Below, piece by piece: positions 1-13,205 of a stretch of DNA of 64,000 nt. The first letter of the stretch is position 1. The number at the start of each line of letters is the position of its first letter. The stretch comes from Utricularia gibba (taxonomy: Eukaryota > Plantae > Magnoliophyta), in contig NEEC01000002.1 in assembly GCA_002189035.1 (NCBI GenBank), forward strand, positions 2,356,001 to 2,420,000, read 5' to 3'. A program made the position numbers and the translations under genes. Under the pieces are notes generated by a model, which had not been told where the DNA came from, searched no databases, and worked only from the letters and a program-made list of their open reading frames with translations.

Positions 1-1
1 G

Positions 2-154
2 ACTGAGATGTTTGAAGGGGGGAAAGTGATGGCAGGTAGTAAAGCATGGATGAATCTCAAACAAAAGGAGATGGAGATGTACTTAGAGACACTGCAGGTG
101 AAGATGGATAGGACTAAGCTGGTTCTGGATGCCTTGAAGTCGGGGAACCTTTGA
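2..154 (+). CDS. 3' end of a GeBP/STOREKEEPER-like (DUF573) transcription factor, partial; starts upstream of the window
   Basis: Open frame from nt 2: TEMFEGGKVMAGSKAWMNLKQKEMEMYLETLQVKMDRTKLVLDALKSGNL*, TGA at 152-154. It resembles the leucine-zipper-like C-terminus (E-x-Y-L...KLVLDALKS) of GeBP/STK proteins. Confidence 0.55.
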   Translation, partial: TEMFEGGKVMAGSKAWMNLKQKEMEMYLETLQVKMDRTKLVLDALKSGNL

Positions 155-2607
155 GGTATGCAACAATGTAGCTGAATCTGGCCGGGTTTGGGAATTTCAG
201 CCTTCAGTTGATTGTGTTGTAGTCTAGTTTAGCTTCCATTAGACCCTCGTTGGGGTTCAGCTGTGTCATATGGCCCTTTTGCTCAACTTGACTCTAGGGA
301 ACAATTCCCAGATTTTTGAGTCTCCAGACAAAAAAAGCCATCCCCCACCCACCTTTCCTGTTCTATTGTTTTCTGCAAATTGCACAGACGAAATCGAAAA
401 ACACGGCGGCCTTCTTGGCGTCATCACGTGCATCCGCCATCACCGGTGCGGTTTGAATGTGATGGGGTTCGGAGTCGATACCCAATGTATGAGAAACTTG
501 GCATTTCTAACGCCAGCTGTGGAACGGAATCGGCTTGAGGGTGGAATATCGAGGTTTTCTGGTGGCTTCACCGGCGGCGACCCCAGTTTCCCAATGATCT
601 GTCTACTTTGTGAGCTTTCCATCATCCCTTCGCATGGGAAGTTAATACATCATGCTTCTTCTCCCGTTTCGAGTTCAAAACCAGAGACTAACGGAAGCGT
701 ATTCAAGAAAGGGACAGTAACGGATTGAAGATTCAGCATGTTTCTTATGTGGAGCTTTGTGCGGAGAGCATCTCATTCTGCAATCTCCCCAAAAGGGGGC
801 AGCTACAGTTCGCCACGAGGTTGTTCGTGGTGCAAAGGAACGCACAGACGCGGCGGCGACTCTCCGTGTCCCGGCGTCATCATCGCCACTCCGGGTGCAA
901 TGCCCCCCTGAACAGTTCTTCACTTTCTGATCAATTTTTTCCATCGAGTAGCTACCCTTTCCCCGGTCTTCCTGTACAGGTTTTCAGTAAATCAATCACA
1001 AGGAAAGAGCATGAGAGCCTTGATCAATTCCAAAAAGGGAAAAGACACCATTTTTAGGGTTCCCCAATTGGGTATTTTTCTGTTCATCCAAAAGGTAACT
1101 GATTTCACTGCCATGGTGCGTAAAATACCTCTTCACCTGCTTCCTTTGTCAGTTTGACGAAAAGGGGTGAACTTGATCACTTTACCCCGCATAGCTTGAA
1201 TTCACATTTCAGTAACTTTTTGGGGAAGAAGATGATCAGCAGCATCCTGGTAGATCAAAGTGGTTGAACCTTCCAAGCTTAATAGTCTACAAGGGTTGAA
1301 TTGAAGTGCATTTCCCGTTATAAATACCCATACCCCCACAGGCAATCACAGTGCCTGCCACTGCCACACGCATTCACATTTCACAGTTGGCAGCATTTCA
1401 AATAATACTTTATGCACAAGATTTACTAGATAGACCAGAGATACGCTTTCATACACAGCACCTTACAAAACCCAATCACCAAAATCTACGCCTTTCGACT
1501 GTCTCTAAAATCTCCTGCTCCTATCCACTTCAACTCTGTGTGTATTGGGCTGTCCGTCATTTGTTTGTTTCACCTCCACGCCGCGCCACACAGCTGCGGA
1601 TCTTCTTGTAGTGCTGCCTATTTTCATCTGGGCTGCTGTCCCTTTTCACTTTAGAGATCTTGGTTCACTTGTTCATTGATGATTCGAACGCTTTTTCAGG
1701 TCTGGGGATGGTTTGAAGCATTGGGATTGGTGATTTCTTCTGATGGTGGTGTCGGTGAGTATCAAATCTGGCCCTTTTGTGGTTTTGTTCTTCATCAGGT
1801 TGTGAACTTTTTATAGGCTATTTGTCCATGGATCTGCCTTCAATTTTGCTTGATTAGTTCAACAGGAAAACCTTGGGAGATTCCTTGTTTCTGATTTGCA
1901 TGTGTGTTGACAATCATGATTCATTGCATTTTGGTATTGATTCATTATATTAGTGTATGGCTTTAGCTAATGGATTTAGCCCTATAATTTGCTGTCTTCT
2001 GTTCGCCTTCTGTTTCAAGAATTTTGGAGCAAAAACCCTTCGTTGTTGGGTCAAGAACTGTCAAGAAACCTGTCTTCTAGATTTGGGACCATGACAGAGC
2101 TTAGTTTCCTCGTACTGAGCTTGTTTTTGTGGTGAAAATGAGAAGGGTCTGTTTAGGATTGGTTTTAGAAGTTCCACTTGTCCTGCATACGTGCGGTATA
2201 AGGGAAAATGTGCCTTTTTTTGGATGTCTTTGGGTGCTGACTGCACTTGATTCAAGCCTTGAACTTCTGCTGCTAACGCCTAGCCCATCTTCTGAGAATT
2301 GTCTAGAGCACCATTCGCTTGTCGCCATAGGAAAATGTGTCTTCCCTTGCATATTTTTGCATTCAGGATGCAGTGCATGAAAACTTTCACTGAAACAGGC
2401 GTCACTTGTGGTGTTGGAGACCAAAATGAAGCTGCGCCAGTAACTTCTGCTGCAGTTGGAGAGTAGAAGATCTGAATCACCAGATTCTCCTCTAGCCATC
2501 TTCTAAGGTGCCTCTAAGATCAGTTGTCACTCCAGAGCAGTCCGAGACGAAGAAGTTTGAATCGTTTATAGTTTCCTAAATCTTTACCAGGCCAGTCTAG
2601 GAACACA

Positions 2608-2994
2608 ATGGGGAGAGGCAAAGCCAGGGGAAGGAAATTGGCAAGGACTAATGGCGATCATGGAAGCAGCGAAGAAGAAAGAATGCCGGCACGAAAGAGG
2701 AGGGGAAGGCCACAGAAGCTCTTCAAGGAAGAGATGGACGAGGATGAGAAGATTGAAGACGACGAGCATGGCGAGGATGTGTCATTTGCCAAGCACAAAT
2801 CCAGGACACCCAATGAAAAGATGAAAAGTGAGGAGAAAGCTTCTGAGCAGGGGAGTGGGGGGGCTGAGAATGGCGCTGGAAGCAAATCAAGCACCGAGGA
2901 GGAGTCGAGTAAAGGCACTGGCTTTCGACAAAACAGCGGAAGAAGGAAGAGCAAACCCCGTCGTGCTGCTGAGGCAGTTGTTGAGTGCAACTGA
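2608..2994 (+). CDS. Small basic/acidic plant protein with an AT-hook-like KRRGRP motif (128 aa, single coding exon, long 5'UTR intron at about 1756-2590)
   Basis: ATG-to-TGA ORF: MGRGK...RKRRGRPQK...GFRQNSGRRKSKPRRAAEAVVECN. I recognise this C-terminus from an uncharacterised plant family. Splice signals GTGAGT near 1756 and ttaccAG at 2589-2590 lie upstream. Confidence 0.8.
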   Translation: MGRGKARGRKLARTNGDHGSSEEERMPARKRRGRPQKLFKEEMDEDEKIEDDEHGEDVSFAKHKSRTPNEKMKSEEKASEQGSGGAENGAGSKSSTEEESSKGTGFRQNSGRRKSKPRRAAEAVVECN

Positions 2995-3187
2995 GACAAG
3001 ACAGCGAGGGCAGGCAGACATGAGATTGTTACCCCTCCTTCCATTTTGCTTCTTTTGTTTTCCTGGTGCTCAGAACCTGATTCATGTGAGATTTCCTTGA
3101 TGCTTGCATTTTGGTAAGCTTTCTGCCATTATGATAGTTTGCAGCATTATTCTATCCCGAACAAGTGAGAAGATCCCTTTGATTACC

Positions 3188-3879
3188 TAATGGTGCGATC
3201 GGTTACAACTGTTCGGTTTCGGTTTCGGTTTGGCATCGAACGGTTTTCTTAAACCATTACTTTATAAATTACAGTTCATTATAAACTATGGTTTTAGTTT
3301 CGGTTCAGAATCGGATTTCAAAATCTTGAACCGAATTGAAATTAGAACCTAACGATTATTATTTAAATGAATAATATGTTTTTCAGGTATTCAATCATTA
3401 TAGATGCCTAGATAAAGAATTTTTATTTTGTATCATCATTTTTAGATGATTATGAATATCCAGAATTGATATTAGGCATTCTTATAAATCATTATAAGTG
3501 TTTGGTAAATTCATTATCATATATCATGTATTCACAATTCATGATACATTGTCAATGAAATTAGAATGATTCATGGTTCTCGATTCACGACTCATAATAG
3601 ATTGATAATGATTCAAGGTTCCTGATTTGAAGTAATTAAGAATGCTTACTAAATCCATTATAAGTGTATTATATATTTTAATAAATATTTTAAAATTTTA
3701 AATATTGTAATATAAGCGAACAGATAACAATTTCAAATTGTATGTTTGATAGATTTTGGTAAGAACCAACAATTCTACAATTCCAAATATATTGAATGGA
3801 ACCAAAATCATACAATATGGATGCTCATATCCCAAAATCAAATCGAAATTCGAAATGATTCAAACCGATTACATCACTA
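3188..3879. mobile_element. Non-autonomous hAT-type DNA transposon (MITE-like), 692 bp
   Basis: Left TIR TAATGGTGCGATCGGTT (3188-3204) vs reverse complement of the right end TAGTGATGTAATCGGTT (3863-3879): 13/17 identical, all mismatches transitions. Flanking 8-bp TSD TGATTACC (3180-3187) / TGATCACC (3880-3887). Subterminal TCGGTT/AACCGA repeats and an AT-rich interior. Confidence 0.85.
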
Positions 3880-4101
3880 TGATCACCCAATCAACGCCTA
3901 TAGGAGAAGGATGAGTACATGAATGTTGCATCTTTGCAGCCGGAGTGTGCATGGTTCCGATTCATACTTCCATCGGAATGCCATGCAACTCCGCCGTCGA
4001 AGATGGTAGGTATGACTGTAAGAATGTATATAGTATGTGTAGGAGGGAGCATTTGGGTCGCCACAGGACTGGAAAAGCTTGTCTTCCGGCGAGCCTCCTC
4101 T

Positions 4102-6892
4102 CTACCTCTTGCCTGAACGGACGAAGCCCCTCAGAGACGGGGACTGGGTGAGCGTCAGCGGAGCATTCCCAGCTTTCTGCTTTATTACGCGTCTAGCGAC
4201 GTAGCCCCGAATCCATGGCGTCACGTCCTCGCTGATCTTGATCATGATGAAGAAGATCAGACGGTAGACGATGATCATGCTGAAAAGAACACCGAGGTTC
4301 ACCCATTTTGATCGATTCAGATCGATCTGAAAAATGTACTTCAGGATGTACTCCCCCGGAATCGGCGGAAGCTCCGGTGGATCGTTCACGAACACCAAGC
4401 CCCTCAAATCATTCTGATATTCTCCCTGCGAATAGGTAACAGACACCGGTAACCCATTGTGTTGATCCACGTTTTAGCCGGAAAATCTTGCCAGTGAAGA
4501 AGCTTTTACCTGGAGAGCCCAATAGTGGAAGCTGATGTAAGTCATGGGATAGCGCCAGAATGGCTTTGGGATGTCGTCCGGGAGCCGGAAGAATCCGGAA
4601 ACAAGCATGAAAATACCCTGCATCAAGCATGACCCATCAGGTCACGATGCTGTACAGAGAACTTGGAGGATTAGAGACTGTGAAGACGGAAACCTGGATT
4701 CCAGCTCCGATGATAATCCCCATCAGGAAGTTCGGGACGACGCTAGCGATGACCATCATGAGGCTCTCAACCACAGTGACGCTGGCGTACAGCCCCAGGA
4801 TGAAGAACAGGAAATGCGAAAATCCGGGATGGAGGCCGACCATGTAATAGCAAATGGTTCCAGAGGCGAAGGAGATGAGCAGAAGAAACGGCATTGCAGA
4901 CAAGGTGTTGCTGATCACAAAGGCCATCACCCCGTAATGCCCATTGAGCCTTTCCCTTTGGAAAACCTGCCGCCACAGGGATGGATCTTAATGAGCATGA
5001 ATCACATCCAGAGATTGAGAACTGGAGTGCATACCTTCATGTCCTCGACGAATAAAGGGAACCCACCAATCGACATGAACGTAACGAAGCCGAAGACGAA
5101 AGACCCACATGCACCTCTTGCCTGAATGAACACAGAACAGGATTCATTCACCCTGAAAAGAGGAGCCTTTTCCCTCCTCTGTGCAGGTAAGGGAGTAATG
5201 GGATTACCAGGATGGAATTGGAGTCCATTCCAATGCGGAAGTAGATGGTGCCGATACAAAGTGTGACGATGATGTAAATGACGAGCCTGAGCCAGTAGTA
5301 TCCAAAGTCCCTTGACATGTTGACAAATGATCTTGCTGTTAGTATCACGGATTGCATTAGGAAACTAGACTGGCTCCCTCCCGATTCCAGCACAGTTCCT
5401 TTCTGCAACAAAGATCCTTGATCATCAACAAGAAGCAAGTAAAACGGCTCTGTTTCAGGTGAAGAACAGAAAAAGCTCACGATTTTGGACATGTGTTCTA
5501 TCCTTTCTTTAGCCGAGTAACAGTACTGCGATTTGTTGTATGTATCGACAAGTGTCCGGATAGCCTCTGCTGTAGTCACCTTTCCTAAGGGATCATTGTT
5601 CGACGCGAACTGAGGAAAAATGGGTTGCAGATTCAGCTGCTGAAAAGCCTTCACAGGGGGACCATGTGAGAGACAGCGAGGGAAAGAACTTTATACCCTT
5701 ATCTTCATCGACCCTTTTAATGTAGCTTTGACTTTGTCGAAATCGGAGTTGATGCATTGCAGGAAATGATCGGAAGGGTTTCTCAGCGCCGGACAGGGAA
5801 CCCAGCTTGAGCAAAAAACTGCATAAATGGAACTTGTTATGGTAAAAGTAAACTGTATAAAAGTGCAATTATCGATGCTTTCTTGCCTCGTATGCTTCAG
5901 AAGCCTGGCCAAAGTAAACTGTTCTGCCGCCGGAAAGTAGATACAACCGATCGAACAGTTCGAAAACCTCGCTGCTGGGCTGATGAATCGATGCTATAAC
6001 TGTTCTTCCGTCTCTCGATAGGCTGCGGAGTGTCTGCGTCACGAAGAAAGCCGATGCGCTACAGAAGGAAACGGGAGAAAACGAAGGGTAAATCGGTGTA
6101 ACACACAATCAAAGGAGTGAATTTGGAGAGTTGGTATCGGCTTATGGGAAAGAACCTGTCGAGGCCACTAGTTGGTTCGTCGAGGAAAAGGAGACGAGGC
6201 CTCATCAGAATTTCGAGAGCAATACTAACTCTTCGCTTCTCGCCGCCGCTGATTCCACGCAAATGCCAATTTCCGATGGCGGTATCGGCGCAATCCTGAA
6301 GACCCATTTCAACGATCGTGCTCTCGACCAACGCCCGTTTATCGGCAGACGACATCCGATCCGGCAAACGCAGCCACGCCGAATACGATATCGTTTCCCG
6401 CACCGTCAGGGTACCGATCAGCGTATCGTCCTGGGTGACGTACGCCTGACAGAACAACAAAAAGCAGGACTTTATACCAACAAACCACGTACGTTGCAGA
6501 CATGAACAAAAAGCCGCAGCAAAACTCGACACAAACCGCAGTTCCGAAAGACAAATTCGCTTTCCGGCCATTGAGCAAAACCGTTCCCGACAAAAACGCA
6601 TTGGTCGCCAGTCTGCCTGCGAGGGCATCAAGCAAAGTAGACTTCCCAGAACCAGACGGCCCCATTAGCGCCGTGAAGGATCCAGGGTCGGCATACCCAC
6701 TAAGCTTCTCCAAAACCGTCTGAGTCTCCCTGTTCTTGAGAGTAACCACCACCGTGAGATCCTTCCACGTCAACCTCGCCGAAACATCACCGACGAGCTC
6801 AGTGTTCCCCTTCTCCTTCCATATGGTTTCACTGAGCGGACTCAAGCCCCCCACAAACCCAGTCCCCGGAGACTTACTCCCTCGATCTCCAT
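4102..6892 (-). CDS. ABCG11: ABCG half-transporter, ABCG11/WBC11-like cuticular lipid exporter; 10 exons; two apparent 1-nt deletions; one GC-AG intron
   Basis: Exons give [15 protein letters not shown]...ARLTWKDL, Walker A GPSGSGKS, signature [12 protein letters not shown], Walker [26 protein letters not shown] and C-terminal LTQSPSLR. The MEIE start at 6892 is one base out of frame with the rest. Confidence 0.95.
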
Positions 6893-8443
6893 CCCCAAAA
6901 GCCAATCTCGCTTCCCCCTCAACCTCAACTAACACAGAGAAATCCACAGAAAACCTCCTCCACCCCCCTCCCACTCCAAATTACATCTTCCACCGGAAAC
7001 TCCACCCCCTAACCAGATAAATATTCCAAAATCAACACCATATGCGGTTGGTTCCTGGTAGTGGGAGGAGAATCAATGCAAAGACGTATGGGTGGATGGA
7101 TGTTGGTGAGCCGGGAGTTAATGCCAAAATTGTCAAGGAGAGGAAGGAAGTTGGCTGGCCTCCTTTTATTTTAATTAATTAATTTTAAATAAAATCCCTA
7201 TCATTTTCAATTCTCTTTCCCCTCCCATCCCAATCATTTCGCAGTAGAATAATAATAAGAAAATAAAAGAGGCTTTATTAATATTATTCATTGAAAGAAT
7301 TAAAAATTTTAGATTTATGACATCACTGATGACTTCACATGGCGACAATACCTGTGGCTTATTTTTAATTACAATTAAATTAAATTGAAAAGCCGAGATT
7401 AATAAATTTGAAATGCACACACGCAAACAAAGTGACCGTTGGACAGCCAACTAACTTTTTAAATGATATGGGCCCCGAGGCATTTATTATCCATATGAAG
7501 GTGGAAACTTGGTCCGCAGCTGTGGACCGTGGCCCAGATCACATCCCACAGTTGACTAAACAGCGTGATTAAGGGCTGCTTAGCATTAATTAACTAATCA
7601 CATGTCCATTTCTTTTTTAACCCAGTTTGGTAATGTTCATATACTTTGATAATTACATTTATTTGATAATTATATATATATATATACCTAATTTTACCAT
7701 TTATATTTCTCAAAATTTTTTAAAGTTCGTTTGATAATGTGTGTTTACAGAGAATGTTATTTAAAAAAATTATAATTAAAATATTAATTAAATAAATTTT
7801 TAACATGAATTCTCTGCTCGATCTTGACATTTTATGTCTTCTTATGGTATCATTTTGTGTCATTTAATTTCAAATTTGTTAGATACACAAAAAATAGTGG
7901 GATATTAATGACATTTAATGATAAAAGAAAAGGAATAAAATTAGCATTTGGTGGAAATTTCTTTAAGAATATAAAGAATAAATGAATCATGTGATTAGAT
8001 GAATATATTTAATAGATTAATTTGTGTTTAATCATTAATTAAAAAAAATAATCTATACTGTTAAACATGACTTCTCACCAAATCAATCATTTAATATTTA
8101 TTTAATATAAAGTAATCTATGATGTACCACCAAACAAACACTTATTTTACTTACATAAGGTTTTTAATTAAATGAGTTAATTATATTTGTAAAACTATCT
8201 ATCAATTATATTTTTTGGATATAAACGAATAACATGTATTTTAATGAGAGCTAATGTAATATGTATTTATATAAATGTAAATTATTTAAATATATTATTA
8301 ATTAAATTACTATTTAAATAAATATTTTTGAGGTTTAGAAAATTATTGGGTGTATGAGTTAACACAAGTTGAATTTATTAAATTAAAAATTTAAAAATGT
8401 TTGTTGTTTTTAATAAGTTTTCTTTTATCAACAAAAATAGTTA

Positions 8444-8673
8444 AATGGGCTGAACAGAATGAGTAGACGAGGCCACTATTTGGGCCTCGTTAATGGTTCA
8501 GGCCCACATAAAGCCTCTCATTCAAGGACATTTGTCTAATTAATTAGCCACGAGGCTGCCAGAAAGGGTTTAGGAATGAATCGGAAATTAGATTAATTAA
8601 TCAATTTTAATAAAAGGGAAAAAAGGGGTAATAAGCCTTAGTTGAGCCCACGGCCCATGGGCCCAGTGGCCCA
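8444..8673. promoter_or_regulatory. Cluster of site II / TCP-binding elements (TGGGCY, GGCCCA, GGCCCAC) upstream of the TCP gene
   Basis: aatgggct near 8445, ttgggcct near 8480, aggcccac near 8501, and gagcccacggcccatgggcccagtggccca at 8644-8673. Confidence 0.6.
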
Positions 8674-8906
8674 TTTTCATGATAGTTTCTGTTCTTGCTT
8701 GTTTACTGAGACAGCTCTGTTAATTAATTAATTATTATTTAGATATAAATTGGGGAGCTGTGGAGCTTGGCGGCCATGTGCCTTCCTGCAGTCTCCATAC
8801 TCCAGAGCACCGCCTACGCGGCTTCTGTCTCTCGGTCAATCATTTCCGTTGTCTTCGGAGTGCGCTTCCTTTTTGGATTGCGTTTTGGAGCCTGACGCGG
8901 GTTGGG

Positions 8907-9695
8907 ATGTTAACCTCCAATTCCGACGGGAGCAACGGCGGAGCCGGACCCGTCCTCCCAACAACCTCCGCTGCCGCCGTCACCAGCACTGTACAGAAAG
9001 TTAAGAAGCTCTCCGCTAAGGACCGAAACAATAAAGTCGACGGCCGAGGCCGTCGCGTCCGCATGCCCATTGTCTGCGCGGCTAGGGTGTTTCAGCTTAC
9101 GCGTGAGTTGGGTCACAAGTCTGATGGCCAGACAATCGAGTGGCTGCTTCGCCAGGCTGAGCCCTCCATTATTGCCACCACCGGTACCGGAACTACTCCA
9201 GCGAGTTTCTCCAATGTATCCTCTTCTGGGACACGCAGCTCCTCGCCATCCATCTCTGTTTCGCTTGACCACAAGCCGATTTCGCATTCTTTACTTACCC
9301 CGTCCCCTGCCCCCTTTATTCTCGGAAAGCGTATTCGTCCTCACGATGCCGGTATCCATCATCGGGAACGGGGTTTTGAGGAATCTGCTTCAACTACTGC
9401 TGCTACTAACTCCGCCGTGGCTACCGGAGGCTTCTGGGCTTTGCCGGCTCGGCCAGATTTTGGCCAAGTTTGGAGCTTTACTCCACACCCAGAGATTCTG
9501 GTTGCAGCAAGCCGCAATAGTCCATCCAGTCATCATCATCAACAACAAACTCATTCATCTTCATTGAGATTTTCGCAGCAGCATCAACATCTAAGTGAAG
9601 CCTCTGCTGCGAGAGTCGGTAACTACTTGCCGATCCCTCAAGTTAATGGGCATCACCTTGATTTACTTGCTTCTCTTTCTGGGATCCCGCGTTAG
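8907..9695 (+). CDS. TCP7: Class I TCP transcription factor, TCP7/TCP21-like, intronless
   Basis: TCP domain [52 protein letters not shown] plus subfamily motifs [41 protein letters not shown] and LLASLSG. First in-frame ATG is 8907 (the ORF track start is a GTG). Confidence 0.92.
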   Translation: MLTSNSDGSNGGAGPVLPTTSAAAVTSTVQKVKKLSAKDRNNKVDGRGRRVRMPIVCAARVFQLTRELGHKSDGQTIEWLLRQAEPSIIATTGTGTTPASFSNVSSSGTRSSSPSISVSLDHKPISHSLLTPSPAPFILGKRIRPHDAGIHHRERGFEESASTTAATNSAVATGGFWALPARPDFGQVWSFTPHPEILVAASRNSPSSHHHQQQTHSSSLRFSQQHQHLSEASAARVGNYLPIPQVNGHHLDLLASLSGIPR

Positions 9696-10528
9696 TCCTC
9701 TGAATAGACGGATGCTCACTGAGCTCGTAATTGGATTGACAATGCTCTTTTCCTGTGGAATGCTTTTGCTCATGCATTGGGAGCAATCGAATCTCTTTCC
9801 ATTGATTTGTATTTAGGTTGAGAATGGTTTGTGCAGCTGCTGCTATTAGCCCAATAAAAGAAGTTATTGATTCTCTCATACATCACTCTTGTGCTCTTCA
9901 TGTTTTGTGCCGAAGTTCCTTTTTTTTCTAACTTTGATAGGTTTTTGCATGTTCTTGGGTGAAAAAGAAAGGTGCTTACTGATACCCAGCACGTTATTTC
10001 GGTTTCTTGCTGTCGTCGCTATCACCTTGGGCCAAAGTTTCACTCTTTAAACCATAAACTATCATCCTCTACGGTAGATTGGCTCTTGGTTTCATCTTCT
10101 ACACCTAACCAAACTTGCCAGTGGTGCGACGAATTCATTATTCTTTAGCGTAGAAATTTGAAAAGAAGAAAGCTAATCTCGTGGAGTCGACTTCCAGAAA
10201 GGTGTCATCTTCAAAATCACATGAATTGTCAATGTGAAAGTCGTACAAGGTTGGACTTTTTGGTGAGTATGTCTTAGCGAGTGATAGAAAACACCTAATT
10301 CGAATAAAGAACTGGTTTTGCTCCTTCCCCAACCACCTTCCTTTATTTCCAAGGATAAACGAGTGCTTGTCTGCTATGGCCGCAGTGCATCATCACGACC
10401 ACGTCAAGGTCAGGAAAACAAACCATTCAGTTTTCCCTGAATTATTTCGAAGTTTGAGCACACCGCACTTTCACTTTACCACAGGACCGTAAGTGAATCG
10501 GGAGAAGGAGAGCTATCGCCCAGAGATA

Positions 10529-12284
<1,756 letters not shown>

Positions 12285-12472
12285 CTGATGTTCTTGTAGT
12301 GCTGCTCTGAGACGACAAGAAAGAGCAATGGCTTCCAATCTGAGGATTTTGTTTTTATTGTACAACGGCGATGGTGTCATCGTACGTTTATGACACTTTT
12401 GCCCCTGAGATTTTGAGTATATATATTAATTGATATTTTGATCGGCTTCCTTGAAACGAAGAAACGAAGAAG

Positions 12473-12848
12473 ATGAATTCGCAGATGAAGCACCTACTCG
12501 CCCTGTTCTCTCTTCTCCTTCTGCTCTCTCCGGTTTCGGTTTTCGTTGCTGCTTCAAGTGAGCCTCATTTCATCGATCGATCTTTTACTCTTTCTGCAGG
12601 ATCGTTGGCTAATTTTCGGCATTCCATGTTTATGGTTTCTGCAGGAGATGTTGGTTCGAGGCGCAAAAATGGCGTTTCCGTGGTGAGTTTTGTTGTGTGA
12701 TGTGGTGATTTCGTTCCTGATGATAATTTTGGCTGATCTGCTGAATTTTCAGGCGACGGAGAGGGAATTTAGGGTAAAAATGGATTTGGGAACCATGGAT
12801 TACGCGGATGTAGGAGCAAATAATAAGCATGATCCGTCTTATCCGTAG
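12473..12848 (+). CDS. PSY-family (plant peptide containing sulfated tyrosine) precursor, 3 exons: 12473-12557, 12645-12682, 12753-12848
   Basis: Spliced product MNSQMKHLLALFSLLLLLSPVSVFVAASRDVGSRRKNGVSVATEREFRVKMDLGTMDYADVGANNKHDPSYP*. It has a signal peptide and a C-terminal DY-x4-AN-x2-HDP PSY motif. Introns are GT-AG, 87 and 70 nt. Confidence 0.85.
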
Positions 12849-13205
12849 TACCTGAAGGGATGCTCCTTCTGTACAGAGATTCTGAGTGATTTGTTCTTTT
12901 ATAGATTGTTCGCTGCTGCTTTTCTTTAGTTTCATTCTGTAACTCTTCTTGTTGGTTTCCTGAATATCGAGTTGCAGTTTAAAGAGAGAGCTTTGTTGTT
13001 TAAACCTCTCAAAAAAGATGCTTGTTTTCGCAATGCTCAGAACGTCAATATCCCCCCACCCCCCTTCCCCCCAAAAAAAGCTTTTCTTGCTATGCATCTC
13101 TGTATGAAATGAAATCTGACTGCAGAACTCAACAAGAAAATGGGAAGTGAACTACTCAGGGGATGAAGCTCACATGTTGACTCAGTGAAGGTGTACTCTT
13201 ATGAC

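Noticed and set aside
270-960. 152-aa plus-strand ORF (270-728) and nearly open antisense frames in a GC-balanced stretch
   Set aside because: Starts at a non-ATG codon, has no recognisable domain in any frame, and has no coherent exon chain. Could be 3'UTR or decayed sequence; not supportable as a gene.
1678-1743. TGATGA...CTGA spacing resembling a C/D box snoRNA
   Set aside because: No convincing terminal stem and no rRNA-complementary guide that I can recognise.
2101-2499. 132-aa antisense ORF inside the 5'UTR intron of the AT-hook-like gene
   Set aside because: No domain similarity or coding-like composition; compatible with chance.
7541-7560. ATCCCACAGTT resembling the snRNA USE element (RTCCCACATCG)
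   Set aside because: Only a partial match, with no correctly spaced TATA box and no snRNA, 7SL, MRP or telomerase RNA sequence downstream.
7620-8420. AT-rich block with GTTTGGT/ACCAAAC ends suggesting a Tourist-like MITE
   Set aside because: The ends match over only about 7 bp and no TSD was found.
13046-13071. G-rich tract (minus strand) between the PSY and RING genes as a G-quadruplex
   Set aside because: Only three G-runs (6, 5, 6), which cannot give four separated G3 tracts.
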